A stretch of 64,000 bases of DNA from Callorhinchus milii (lineage: Eukaryota): assembly GCF_018977255.1 (NCBI RefSeq), contig NW_024704747.1, positions 21,266,001-21,330,000 of the forward strand, written 5' to 3'. The stretch's first letter is position 1, and each line of letters opens with the position of its first letter. Shown one piece after another: positions 38,676-50,799 of this stretch. Position numbers and translations under genes: made by a program. Under the pieces are notes generated by a model that was not told the DNA's origin, searched no databases, and saw nothing but the letters and a program-made list of their open reading frames with translations.

Positions 38676-40059
38676 TGACTTGCAGGGTTAAGAGCAGCAG
38701 AGTGCTAGTTGCATTACTGTCAGTTGAGTGTGCTGGGTGGATGGGGTTTCGAGCAGAGGAAAGAGATGGAATATTCAGTGGAGTTTTAGATGTAAATATT
38801 TAGCCCTTCACGGGATGCATTGCTTGTTCTGGAAAACTTATGGCATGGCAGCTTGCACCATCTCTTGGCCACCTTCAGCTACTGCATTTATGTATGTGGT
38901 TTGCGTGCTGCTGTGCGTGTTGATTTCATACCATCGATCTGGTGGCTGGTACAGCCCAGCGCTGCTCAGGAATAAAAGTCGCGAGCCGTGGTTTCTAATG
39001 AGCCTGCAGCCCAAAATTCCACCCAATTTTAGCCCTTGAGACCAATATTGCCCCCTTAATATTGAGGGTGTGTCTAAATTGTGCAGAATTGTGGGAGGGA
39101 AAATATCTTCAATCCAGTTTTAACTTGAAAGCCAGTTTTGTAACAATAACAATTTGCAATTGGCTGTCGCATTTCGGCCACTAAAAAAAAGAATCCACAC
39201 TGCAGAATATTCTGTGAATCGTTTTGAGGTGTCACAAAGACAGAAGATAAGGTGCTATATCACATGCAAGGTTTATTATTATTATTAGATACATCTGATC
39301 ACGTCTTCGAGATGCCTAAAATCACTTCAGAGTAAAATGTGCGGTGACTTGTATTTTGTAGGTGAGCCTTTCGCCAGTTCTTAAAGGGAAATCAGCTTCT
39401 AAATTTAGAGCGAACTGATGAATTTTCCACAATTCTGAGCAATTTAAAATTTTTGAGAGAAACCAGTCTCACAGCCCACTCTCGTGAGTCTCTCTGAGAG
39501 TGAGCTTGCAGAGATTTATGCCCCAGGGAATTTCTTCTGCCCTGGGACCTGACATACTGGCATTGGCACTTGCGCAAAGCTGAGTAGCTGATGCACAAAA
39601 TACAAAGTTCTGGAAAATCTATCAAGAAAAGCACTGGCCAGATTCCATCTGCTGCTACACCAAAATACCCAGCCACTCCACTTTACAGTAAATCTTGTAA
39701 AGAGCTTTGAAACGTGAGGAGTGCGGTATCAAATGTAAAGATTATTTTTACTGTTAAACCCACATGCGAAGACGCAGAGTGAAAGATACAGCCAGGGGCT
39801 GACTCTCAGACAGAAGGATTCCAGACCCAGTCTCGGCACGTTCTGCTGCTCAGGATAGTTCAAAGTGGCGACGTGAGGAGCTGTCAGTTTCACTGAGTAC
39901 ATTTCATGTGAAAACCAGTGTCTGATCGTGGGAGAGAGAGAAAGGGGAGAGGGGGGGGGTGATTGGCTAACTCACTCAATAGTAACAATCCTTACATTTG
40001 ATACAGAGCCTTATCATGTCGTCAGAATGTTCTAAAATGATCCTGTGAAGGCCTTAAGG

Positions 40060-40575
40060 ATGTCAAGGCCTTGGAGAGGGAGCAAAGGAGATTTACCAGA
40101 ATGATACCAGGGATGAGGGATTTCAGTTGTGTGGAGAGACTAGGTAAACTGGGATTGTTCTCCTTAGAACAGAGAAGATTAAGGGGAGATTTAATAAGAT
40201 TTGTTCAAAATTATGAGGTGCTTTGATAGAGTAAATAAGAAGAAACTGTTTCTACTCTTGGGTGGATCAGTAACCAGAAGACACAGATCCAAGATAACTG
40301 TCAAAAGAACCAGAAAGGAGATGAGTTGCGGAGAAGTTTTTTTTAATGCAGCAATTTCTTACGATCTGGAATGCACTGCCTGAAAGAATGGTGTAAGCAG
40401 ATTCAATAACACCTTTCAAAAGGGAATTGGATATTTACTTGAAAAGAAAAAAATTGCAAGGCTTTGGGGAAAGAGCGGGTGAGTGGGTTTAATTGGAAAG
40501 CCTTTCAAAGAGCCAGCGCAGGCACGATGTGCCAAATGGCCTCCTTCTGTGATGTAATTCTATGATGCTATGACC
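40060..40575 (+). mobile_element. CR1 LINE 3' fragment, antisense, just downstream of the MREG stop
   Basis: LGLFSLEQRRLRGDL..FKIMRCFDRVNKKKLF...TRRH is the CR1 ORF2 end. 3' tail ctatgatgctatga. Confidence 0.9.
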
Positions 40576-40726
40576 TACTGCTGAATGTAGTGACATCCAT
40601 CTGAACCAGACTGTGTGTTTTGTGGGCGCCTGTGGATCCGTGTGTCCAAGCTCAATATATATTATGCAATGACCAGCTCCGTAGTCTGCTTCCCTGGCTG
40701 CTCAGTGCGGCCCACAGTCAGAAACC

Positions 40727-40828
40727 TCAATCGACTTCGCCCATCGAATGGTACTCGATGTTTCTGGAATATCTCCTTCTAGCCTTCGCAAAGAAGTCTT
40801 CTGCTGCGTCCAGGGAGATGAGTCGGTC
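40727..40828 (-). CDS. MREG: Melanoregulin(-like) terminal exon 5 (DRLISLDAAEDFFAKARRRYSRNIEYHSMGEVD*)
   Basis: Acceptor ...ccattgacag, 102 nt including TGA. Matches human DRLIALDAAEEFFKLARRTY. Confidence 0.95.
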   Translation of the reverse strand, partial: DRLISLDAAEDFFAKARRRYSRNIEYHSMGEVD

Positions 40829-41039
40829 CTGTCAATGGCAAAACATTTTTCTTTTTAACACTCCCGGCGCCGATCCTGAACTAACAGGTGGTGTAAGAAC
40901 CAAACCACCCTCCCCACCATAAGCTGGTTTCTACTGTAAGACCTGTCCTACAGTCACCTCCCCCTTCCCCACTTCTCTCTACTCAGCATCCCTCCCACCA
41001 ATGTTAAGCGCTCAGAGATGTTGTTCTACGTTTAAGCCG

Positions 41040-41271
41040 AGCAGTAAGTAGGAACTCAGTGGTTCGTCGATTGGCGGATCGCTTTTCTGGGGGTAATAAT
41101 TCCTTCCAAAAAAAATCCACAACTGTTGTGGGACACTGCTGAGAGCAATTGGCTGCCACGTTTCGCCCACAAAATATACAGACAATTCACTTTACAGTAT
41201 ATTTTGTGAAGCGCTTTGAGACGTCTAGAAGACGTGATAAGGCGCTATATCAAATGCAAGGATTATTATTA
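41040..41271 (+). mobile_element. tRNA-derived SINE, long subtype, 5'-truncated (MREG intron 4)
   Basis: gcagtaagtaggaac...gggtaataat plus the shared 3' body. Confidence 0.85.
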
Positions 41272-41522
41272 TCTCAAAGTGCTTTAAGATTGGCTTTCAA
41301 TTCCAACTCACGTTCGTTTGCGCTGCGCTTGAAGACATTTATTTTACGTGACAGAGAAAGGCACCACCGAGATCGAAGGTCTTATTAAGTAACATATTGG
41401 GAGAGGCAGCTCAGTCACAAATCTGAATGCCTGAAGAGATATTTCAGTCTGGAGAAGCAATTTGAGATAACACCAAAAGTGATACATTTAGTCTATTCCC
41501 ACACAGCATGGCGCTCACTCAC

Positions 41523-41683
41523 CAGCACGTAAAGATATCTCTCTGGCACCTGACGTCCGTTCAGGAAGATGTTAGTTTCTCTTGCTAATTTCTGTAACAT
41601 TTCTTGGGATCTTGGCAAGTTCTGAGTGTGCATTGTACTAGACTTGGACACACACAGCAGGGTGTCTGCTTCATTTTGAAAAC
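41523..41683 (-). CDS. MREG: Melanoregulin(-like) exon 4 (GFQNEADTLLCVSKSSTMHTQNLPRSQEMLQKLARETNIFLNGRQVPERYLYVL)
   Basis: 161 nt, acceptor ...ttcccag, donor CTG|GTGAGT. Matches human GFQKEADSLLSV...EMLLKLAEETNIF...ERYLFVV. Confidence 0.97.
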
Positions 41684-41814
41684 CTGGGAATCGATATCAG
41701 AATTAATAACTTTTTATTGCCTTTCATTGTATCAACCGCACAACTACTGCAGACAGAGTACGCGCACACACAAGACACTGGACTGGGGACAAGAACAATG
41801 TCAATGAATATTAC

Positions 41815-41905
41815 CCAGTTCTTCTAAGATCCTTTTCCAACGGTTTCTCAGTTCTCTCCGAGTCTGTCTCAAAGTGTGTATGTCGTAGTTAAGCTTCTGC
41901 CACTC
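41815..41905 (-). CDS. MREG: Melanoregulin(-like) exon 3 ([30 protein letters not shown] + 1 nt)
   Basis: 91 nt, acceptor ...cacacag, donor G|GTAATA. Nearly identical to human [31 protein letters not shown]. Confidence 0.97.
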
Positions 41906-42804
41906 CTGTGTGAATAAAGAGCTGTAGTTATTGCTCTACATTTCAGCACTCCGAGACGCTATCCTGTGTGAAGGATAAAAGCAGGTTCTTGCTGTTGTGA
42001 TTGCTCTGTCTCAATGCACATCCAGCACAGGGCACGAACTGCCTTTCATTCTACCTTTACACATACAGTGACTTCCGGCAACTTTGACACCATCTCAAAT
42101 GCAAAGAGAAATAGAAGGGAGTTTCTCCTGGTGTTCTGGCCAACAATCCCCCAGATAAAATGGCTCATTCACTTTGTGGGTGGTTGTGGGAACTTGCTGT
42201 ACACAAATTGATCGCTGGCAGGATTTTTCCCACCGACAACACTGCCACTGCACTTAGCAACATTTTCCTGTGAAGCGCTTTATTGAGATATTCCGACGCT
42301 GTAGACACTGGATCAAACTAAGGGATTATTATTATTATTATCTTTAGAATCATTATAACCATTCTTATTGATGTAGAAACAACCCTTGAGGAGAACTGAC
42401 CTCATAAACAAGGAGTGGGTAGCCATGTTCTGTAATGTCATTAGTTGAATTGAATTATCTTTCACCTCCCTGCACCCAGTGTGTTAAGTGCTGGGTGCTT
42501 CTCTGGAGGATATTTAGTGCTTCAGACAAGACTATACAGCTCAAATCTTTACACTGCAGCTAAAATCAGTACCAGTCTGCAGACCCCCTACCCCACCCCA
42601 CTGTGAACTCCACCTTACCACCCAACTCCGCTCACTCTTTGCCAAGCTAACTAATAATAATGATGTTTGCACTAAGACGTCTTAAAGCATATCACAGGAT
42701 TTTACTGAAAAGTGTATTGACTGTGTATTTCATAGGTGAAAGTGGCAGCCAATTTGCACCACATAATGTCTAACAAAGAGCCATGTTGTGAATGATTGAT
42801 GTTG

Positions 42805-42832
42805 TGGGGGGCGGGGGGGGGGGGGGGGGGGG
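42805..42832 (+). repeat. Poly-G tract (MREG intron 2)
   Basis: About 27 G residues with one interrupting C. Confidence 0.9.
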
Positions 42833-44269
42833 CTTATTTTTGCTAGCCAGGACACCACGAGAAACTCCTTCCTTCTCAACTTGTTAAGAAAACATATACT
42901 TGTACTTGTCTCTCGCGGAACATAGTTTTTTTGTTGAACAGCTCATTTGCTCAGGAGCAAGTCTAAACTCTCGTGGCGGTACATGTCACCCAGTGCTATG
43001 GAAACCAAATCTATAATGCCATGAGTTCCCAGCAATGTGGACAGTTAAAGTGAAAGAGGACATTGCATTTTTCTTTGAAATGAGGAAACTACAGTATAGG
43101 GCACCATCTAAAAAGCAGTTGGAGGGTGGGGTGGAAGAAAAAGAGAGAGGAGGGGGGGGGCAGGGGAGGATGAAGCAGTCCTGGTTTGAGGACACATAGC
43201 TAATGTTATTAAAGTCTACATAGTTGGCATTTCATTGTTGTTGGTAACCAGATGTGCATCTCACTGTCGGTGTCTTTCTCCTTCAACCCCGCACCCCCCA
43301 TTTATAAGTGTAAATGGGTGTTATATTCTGCCGTCCTTCAGACAGGATATTAAACCAAGGCCCCCATCTGCTTGTTTGAATGGACGTTAAAGATCCCATG
43401 GCACTATTCGAAAAGACAAAGGGGTTTCTCTTCTGCTGTTCTGGCCAAAAATCCCCCAGATAAATTTGGTCATTAACTTCATTGCTCTGTGTGGGACATT
43501 GCTGTGCACAAATTGGTGCTGCCTTTTCCTACAAAATACAGTCACTACACTTTACAGTATATTCTGTGCTTCTTTGGGATATCCTCCCGACGTGTAAGAT
43601 GCTATATAAATGCAAATTGTTGTTGTTGTTCAGATGTCTGCTTGAAGTGAAAGATACAATATGAAATGTAAGGATTACGGTTATTACCCACTTATGCAGA
43701 GTTCCAGCAGCGGTCACAAGCCAATTTTTCCCACCTCCCTCGCCTTCAGCTCCAGGTTAGAGCAGATAACTCAGCAGTGTAAAAAAATGCAGAGTAATTG
43801 GGCATTTTGGGACAAAAAAGTATTGACATTTTTATAAGATTCGTCAGAGGATTTAAGTACGTGAGCTTATCTTAGTTACAATGCGGTTACTATTCACCAA
43901 GCACAATTCTTATAGTGTAATTTCACTTGCTGCTTTCTTTTTCTCTCTCTCCCTCCCCATCTCTCCATGCAATTTACTGAGAGAAGTGTGCACTTACATG
44001 CCTGAATGCATGACCGATTCCTTGACAAAAATGGATTTTATTGTTAAATCAGCTTTACCCTTGGCGAAAGGCACAGTGGTGTCCAGCCAGGCAGTGCTTC
44101 TGCAGGGCACGAAGGCTTTGTCCATGTGGTGTTAGAAGAGAAAGCTATTGCAGAGTCCGATTTACAACTTGGTGACTCAGCATTCCCCATGCCCCTCACA
44201 TTCACAGGGACAATAGTTGACCTATTCCTGGTGAAATATTAACCACAGATAACCACAGCAGCATATCAC

Positions 44270-45350
44270 ATCAGATGGACGTTTCAAAACGCTTTACAGG
44301 ATATACTGTAAAGTGATTGTATTTGGTAGGCAAATGCTGCAGCCAACTTGAACCAAGCAATGTCCCACAAACAGCCATGAAACGCATGACCAATTTTATC
44401 TGGGGCATTGTTGGCCAGGAAACTGGGACGCTGGAAAACTCCCTTCCCTTTTCAAATAGTGCCACTGGAACATTAACATCCGTCCACTTGAACAGGCAGA
44501 CGGGAACTCGATTTAACGTCTCATCCACCGATGCCACCTCTGACAATGCAGCACTCAACAACAACAACAAGATTTCATTTATAGAGCGCCTTTCATGTCG
44601 GGAGGACGTCCCAAGGCGCTGGACAGTTGGGTCGGGACCAAAGCAGGGGGGATATGGTCAGGGTGAGGGGAGGGAAGGGAGGGAGCGAGGAGGGGGGTAG
44701 AGAATCGAGAGGGGAGCTGAAGGCACGGTCAAAGAGGAAGGTCTTGAGACCGGCCTTGAAGGAGGAAAGGGAGGAAGCAAGGCGAAGGCACTGGGGGATA
44801 GAGTTCCAGAGCCTCAGGGCTGAGAGGCTGAAGGCCCGGACACCGATGGAGGGCGGTTAGGGCGGGGGATGTGGAGCAGACCGGAGCCGGAGGAACAGAG
44901 GGTACGGGCAGGTAGGTAGGGGGGTAGTAGGTCGGAGAGGTAGGAGGGAGCAAGGCCGTGAATGGCCTTGTGGGTGAGGATGAGGATCTTGAATTCGATC
45001 CTCTGGGGGATGGGGAGCCAGTGGAGGCGAGCGAGGGTGGGAGTGATGTGGTCGCGAAGCCTGGTGCGGGACAGTACACGAGCTGCAGAGTTCTGAAAAA
45101 CCTGCAGCTTGTGGAGGTCGGCGAGGAGAGAGTTCCTATAGTCCAGCCTTGAGGTGATAAAGGCGTGGACCAGAGTTTCAGCAGCGTGAGGGGTGAGGTA
45201 GTGCCGTAGTCTGGCGATATTCTGGAGGTATACTCCCCTCTCTCATTTTACTGAGTGTCAGCCTGGACTATAAGTTCAAAGTCCGTTGTGGGGCTTGAAA
45301 CCACAACCTTCCGACTCAAGTGGTGGGAGTGCTACAGTACCATATGAGGC
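44270..45350 (-). mobile_element. Deu-domain-type SINE interrupted by an L2 insertion (MREG intron 2)
   Basis: The SINE 3' part (44270-44557) and 5' part (about 45231-45350) are collinear across the L2 at 44558-45230. Confidence 0.75.
44558..45230 (-). mobile_element. L2 LINE 3' fragment
   Basis: (AAC)n tail, GC-rich L2 ORF2 C-terminal sequence (reading e.g. [23 protein letters not shown]). Confidence 0.9.
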
Positions 45351-45521
45351 AGACTGACAAGATTTAGGATAAGACTGAGATGAATAAATACTGCAGATTT
45401 TCCAGAAAAGGAGGCCAGACCAGGAGATGAAGGGCATGAACCAATGGGGAGACATTAGAAAAGTAATTGGACACTAAATTTATCTTAAGAAAAAGACCTT
45501 TCACCAGCTGTCAATGTGCAC

Positions 45522-45820
45522 TATAATAATAAAATAATAATAATCCTTGCATTTGATATAGCGCTTTTCATGTCTTCTAGATATCTCAAAGCGCTTCACA
45601 GAATATACTATAAAATTAATTGACTGTATATTTTTGTGGGTGAAATGCAGCAGCCAATTGCGCACAGCAGTGTCCCACAAACAGTCATGGATTGAAGTGA
45701 CCGATTTTATGATTGTTTTTTTTCTTGAGGGATTATTATTAGCCGTGTGGGGTAAGGAAACTTGCTCAAGGTTTCGAACCTGGTCTCTCGCTTGCGAGGC
45801 AAGTGCTCCAACCACCGAGC
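45522..45820 (-). mobile_element. tRNA-derived SINE, short subtype (MREG intron 2)
   Basis: Shared consensus with a partly deleted head. Confidence 0.88.
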
Positions 45821-46507
45821 ACTGATTCTATTTTGTTCTGGTTAAACAAAATATCATTGGTCGGTACTTATTAATCGAGTGGTACTTTGTGATGGAAAAG
45901 TAACATTTAGAAAATAAACCCATTACAATAAGTGGTTCTTAAATTAAAATGACCTTATCACCGTTCATTGCAACAGCCCCTAATTTCTGGTAGGCTCTAT
46001 ACTTTACTAATTATCTACACACACAATACAGAATTTCCTGCATGTTAACTGCGCTTTACAGCTCCATAAACCCTACTATAATGGTCTCACAATTATCATG
46101 CATCAAGGGTAGCAGGAGCAGGCATCCACATTGAAAGCCACTATGGACTGAGTTGGGATGAGCTGCAATGAGAGGCTGGGTGGAGGGGTTTAGGGCCAAT
46201 TTGATTGAGGCATTTAAAATAACGAAAGGGATTGACAGGTTCGATAGTGGACAATGCTTCACTGTTGTAGAGGGATCCATTACAAGGGTGGCGTAGCCGT
46301 AAAGATCAATTTTACTGAAAAGTGTAGAGACTGTGTACTTGTAAGTGAACATGGTAGTCAATTCTACTCACAGCAATGTCCCATATCAGCCAAGAAGTGA
46401 ATGACTGATTATATTTGGGAAATTGCTGGCCTGAAATTGCCAGGTTCCTGCGAATGAAATGAGAAGGGCCACCTGCCTCCTCCCATCACTAACTGCCATT
46501 CACGAAC

Positions 46508-46670
46508 CTCAGAGTCTTTGTCAGTCTCGTTTCTTTTCAGGATCAGGCTGTACAGTTCCCGGTCGTCATCGGCCACGATGTGAGAGGAGTCATGGGGCGT
46601 GCTCCACAGGTTCCTTTCGTCGTTCCTGGGGCTTTCCAGCTGGCTGCTGTAAGATCGTCTTCTGGCATTG
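46508..46670 (-). CDS. MREG: Melanoregulin(-like) exon 2 (..[54 protein letters not shown])
   Basis: Polypyrimidine acceptor cttctctcctctctcag, 163 nt, GT donor. [21 protein letters not shown] corresponds to human NLWSMPHDVSHTEADDDRTLY. Confidence 0.95.
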
Positions 46671-46781
46671 CTGAGAGAGGAGAGAAGCAGCGACACTCTG
46701 AAGGTTGCATGCAGTCTGCTCTCCTGATAACCGACCACGCTTTAGAGAAGCTAAGAAGAATTGGCTTTAATAATAATTGGC

Positions 46782-46985
46782 TAATAATAATAATAATAAT
46801 AATCCTCACATTTGATATAGTGCCTTATCACATCTTCAAGACAGCTCAAAGCGCTTCATAGAATAGACTGCAAAGTGAATTGACTGCATATTTTGCAGGC
46901 AGGCGACACACGGCACCGAATTGCACACGGTAGTGTCCCACAAAGAGTCGTGGATTGTGTGTCCAAATTATTATTATATTTTGAA
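46782..46985 (-). mobile_element. SINE 3' fragment (MREG intron 1)
   Basis: (AAT)n followed by cctcacatttgatatagtgcc and the shared body. Confidence 0.8.
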
Positions 46986-48589
46986 GGAATATAAAGAATA
47001 ACCCAGAATTAAAACATGCATTTACATAGCAATATCCCTTCCCGTAGGACAACATCTCTGCCCGCTTCACAATGACAGCAACAGGCGCTAAGCAAGGGAG
47101 AGGGGAGAGGGCAAGGGGGAACGTGACGAGGTTTGATCAAAGAAGCAGGTTTTAAGGCAGGATTTAAAGACAGAGAGTGGAAAAGATGAAGAGACAGAGT
47201 AAAGGAGCAAGTTCCAGAGAGGTAAACGGTGTACAATCTGAAGGCTCAACCATCGGTGGTAGCACAGAGAGTGCAGAGGGAACGCAGCAAACCCAAGTTA
47301 GCTGAGCGATGGCCAGCAGAGGAATGGAGTCGGAGAGGGTCAGAGAGATGAAGATGCTAGTGCATGAAGCAATTTACAAGTGAGTGTGAGAACCTTGAAG
47401 TTGAAATATAGATAAGTGGGATATAAAGCCACTGACACATTGAATCTATAACACTAAGCCCTGTAATATCTACTTATACACAGACGTGATAGCCAGATAC
47501 CCAATGCAGCGAACAAGCTACTCAAGGAAAGGGTGGAAGGAGGAAGCAATGCAAATTTAGTTACTGATGGCATTTATCCCATCACCTGATTAATGAAACC
47601 CATGATATGTACAAAGGAGCGAGGGCGGGGGGGAGGGGAGGGGCGGAATGTGATCTGGCAATGCTGAGAATCTAAACTGGATCTTATTCCTAATCTATGT
47701 CAGGAGGAGTCACTAATTTGCAAGGAATTCAGGTCAACATTATGACTCCAGTAAAATGCTGACTAACACACCATGAAATTACGAGGTTAAGTCGACGCCA
47801 AGTCATCGAGTGGGGCAAAGATACCAGGCAGCTGAAGGAAGCTTCCCTTATGTTTACAGCGCCTGATAACTACCAGCATTAAAGTTCGAGCTGTTTGTTT
47901 CAGACAGAGGTCTTTTCAACATATCACATGTGTGCGTGAAGCCAGGATAATATCTGTGGCATCAGAACAGATTTTTTTAAAAAACTGAAGTCACGGGGCA
48001 TAAACATGTTAAGAAAAAAGTCGAGATTTTTAAAAAATCTCTTGAGTCTATCAGAAAAGTGGAGAGGCAGAATCGTTTGGAGGTAGAAACTTTGAGCTCA
48101 CAGTCCAAGCTGACACTCCAATACAGTCCTGGGCAAGGCTGCATTGTCAGAGGTGCCAACCTGCGGATGTTAAAGGTGTTAAACAGAGGTTCTGACTGCC
48201 TGTTCAGGTCGACATTAATATCTCCTGGCACGACTTGAAAAAAAAGAGAATGGAGTTTTTCCCGGTGTCCCGGTCAACAATCCCCCCAAATAAAAATTCG
48301 TCATTTGCTTCACATTTGCTTGTGGTATATTGCTCTGTGTAAATTGGCTGCCTCGTTCAACCACAAATACAGTCACTGCACTTCACAATAACATCTTCTG
48401 AAGCACTTTGAGACATCTGGGTGTAGTGATATCATTCTGTATCAAATGCAAGGGTTATTAATTAACACTTTATTATTAATTAAGCTGAACTGGCTCCAAG
48501 GAGACATGCCTGGCAATGGAATGTCAGAATCAAGCCAGACCTCTGTGGCAGTCTTGGTAATCCGGTTTCTGAGCCAGTCGGGTCTGCGG

Positions 48590-49050
48590 TATTCCAGGGC
48601 ACTGCTGATGCCAGCACAGCCAGCCTGGCTCATCAGCAGGACCTGGAAGGGGAAACCAAACACTGGGGGTAGGGAGTCTTCCTACTCAACTCCTGTTAAC
48701 CCTGCAAATCAAAACCCTAACGGGTAGGGTGGACCTAGCTGGACAAGCAACAGGAAAGCTTTCCGACAGCAAAATCAATGGCAAGCTATGCGGTTTTAGC
48801 TGGTTAGACTCCAGCAGTAACCCAACTCACACTCTGGGGACCCCAAGCCTTGACTCTTGCCAACCTGCGCCTAATACTATCCAGAACTAGTTAAGCAGGA
48901 TGAGTCTCTCCAGGGAGAGAGTGTGCATTCCGTTCAAACAATCTATCTCTGGGATTTCCATATGTAGGTGAGGTACATGGAAATCTCAGCTTGGTTTGGA
49001 TACTTTTAAGCTTGGTGATGGGTTTCCACACGTGTCAGACACCCGGCTGA
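48590..49050. repeat. Unclassified ancient dispersed repeat (longest copy)
   Basis: Homologous to about 4040-4110 + 4480-4580, 16630-16790, 18290-18660, 38160-38460 and 53470-53560. Confidence 0.7.
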
Positions 49051-49739
49051 CCCAAAAAAATTGTTGAATAATGCCATGAGATCTTTAACGCCTGAGCAGG
49101 CAGAGAGTGCTTCTGCTTAATGTCACATCTGAAGGATGGCACCTCTAACAATGCTCACTCAGTACTGCACAAGAGTGTTACACTGGACTAGAAACTCAAA
49201 GCATCAGCTTGGCTGGGTTGGTAGCACTCTCACCTCTGAGTCAAATAATCATCAGTTCAAACCCCAGCATAGGGACTGTGGGCTCACAGTCGAATCATTA
49301 GAAAGTGCTCGTTAGCATTAACTACCATCCTCCTTCCGATCCGAGCAAGTTAACAATTCATCTAGGAGAAATTACACCCAGGTCTAGGTTTACTTTATGT
49401 TTTTAGTATTTCCAAGTGTCCAGAAGTTCGTAAATTTGGGGAAAACACAGCCTTGATATTGAAACCATTTTTTTTCTTTAAGTTCCTTTTATGAGCCACA
49501 GAAAATTAGCTTCAAAGTTAAGACTGGATTTAACAATTTCCCGAAGTATTGCATACTCTAAAAATCTAGAAGAGTAAATAATACAATAACAACAACAACA
49601 TGTGTTTATATAATGCCTTTCATGCAGAATTTCGCCCACAAATATACGGTCAATTCACGTTACAGTCTATTCTGTGAAGCGCTTTGAGACGTCGAGAAGA
49701 CATGAAAAGCGCTATATCAAATGCAAGGATTATTATAGC

Positions 49740-50220
49740 ATAGCGTCTTGGGGCGCTGTATAGTGGCAGGGTTGGATGCCAAGAAATGGAGAAAGTGAAG
49801 GGGGAGGTGACCATTGGTGCAGTCAGAGGTAGGTCTTAAAGTGGGATTTAAAGCGAGAAAAAGGGGGGAGCGGTGGAGGGATTGAGGCAGGCGGGTCCAG
49901 AGGTTAAGGTCATTGTGGCTAACGGCACAGCCACTGATGGTAACACGAGGACATGGGCAGAGGAGAGGGATATGAGCAGCTCACAGATAGGGAGGTGCTA
50001 GGGAGTGCAGAGATCTGTACACAAGATTGAGGACCTAGAAGTTAATCCTTCCAGTGACGAGGAGCCTGGCAAGGATTGGGGTAATGGGTGTGCGGATTTT
50101 GGTACGGTGAGGATGTGGGTGGCAGAGATTTGGATGAGCTGGACCTTATGGATGGTGGTACTGGGTGGGCCAGTGAGGAGGGCGTTTGAAAAATCACCCT
50201 CGTGTTTGATGAAGCACCTC
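49740..50220 (-). mobile_element. Diverged L2 fragment (MREG intron 1)
   Basis: DFSNALLTGPPSTTIHKVQLIQISATHILT is L2-like. A similar fragment lies at about 47000-47410. Confidence 0.72.
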
Positions 50221-50713
50221 ATCACATCTTCTGGGTGGTGGAGGGGGGAAGGGGAAGCATACCTCAAAGCACTTCACGGGATATACTGTAGTGTGTAGTG
50301 ACCGTGTATTTTGTAGGCAAAATGTGGACGCAGGTGGAATTTCCCTCCTCGATTGGCGGATCTCTTTCCGAGGATAAAAATCTCTCGAAAAAAAGTCACT
50401 CAATCCACGAATGTTTGTGGGTCACTGCTGTGAGCAATTAGCTACCGCATTTTGCCCCTCAAAAATACACAGTCACTACACTTTACAATATGTCCTGCGA
50501 AGAGTTTGAGAGGTCTCAACAACTTGATAAGGCACTCTATCAAATACAAGGATTATTATTATTATTATGATGATTGTGATTATTATTAAGACAAAATCAG
50601 CCTTGTGATAAAACGCTCGTAAACCACAGTGCAGTCCTGACTGTCGAGTGTGTTGGTACACTGACTGCTATCACTGCTTAACCCCCTTTCCCCAACATTA
50701 AACTTTGCCTTAC

Positions 50714-50799
50714 CTGATCAGAAGTTCCTTTTCCTGCGTTTTGTCCACATCCAAACACTTAAAGCAACAGATCGCACTCAGAAAGTCCTTTGACTCCAT
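50714..50799 (-). CDS. MREG: Melanoregulin(-like) coding exon 1 (MESKDFLSAICCFKCLDVDKTQEKELLI + 2 nt)
   Basis: ATG at 50799, 86 nt, donor CAG|GTAAGG. The Cys cluster and EKELLIS match the MREG N-terminus (human, from memory: ...VCCCCGCEC...EKEPLVS). Phase 2 joins exon 2. Confidence 0.88.
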
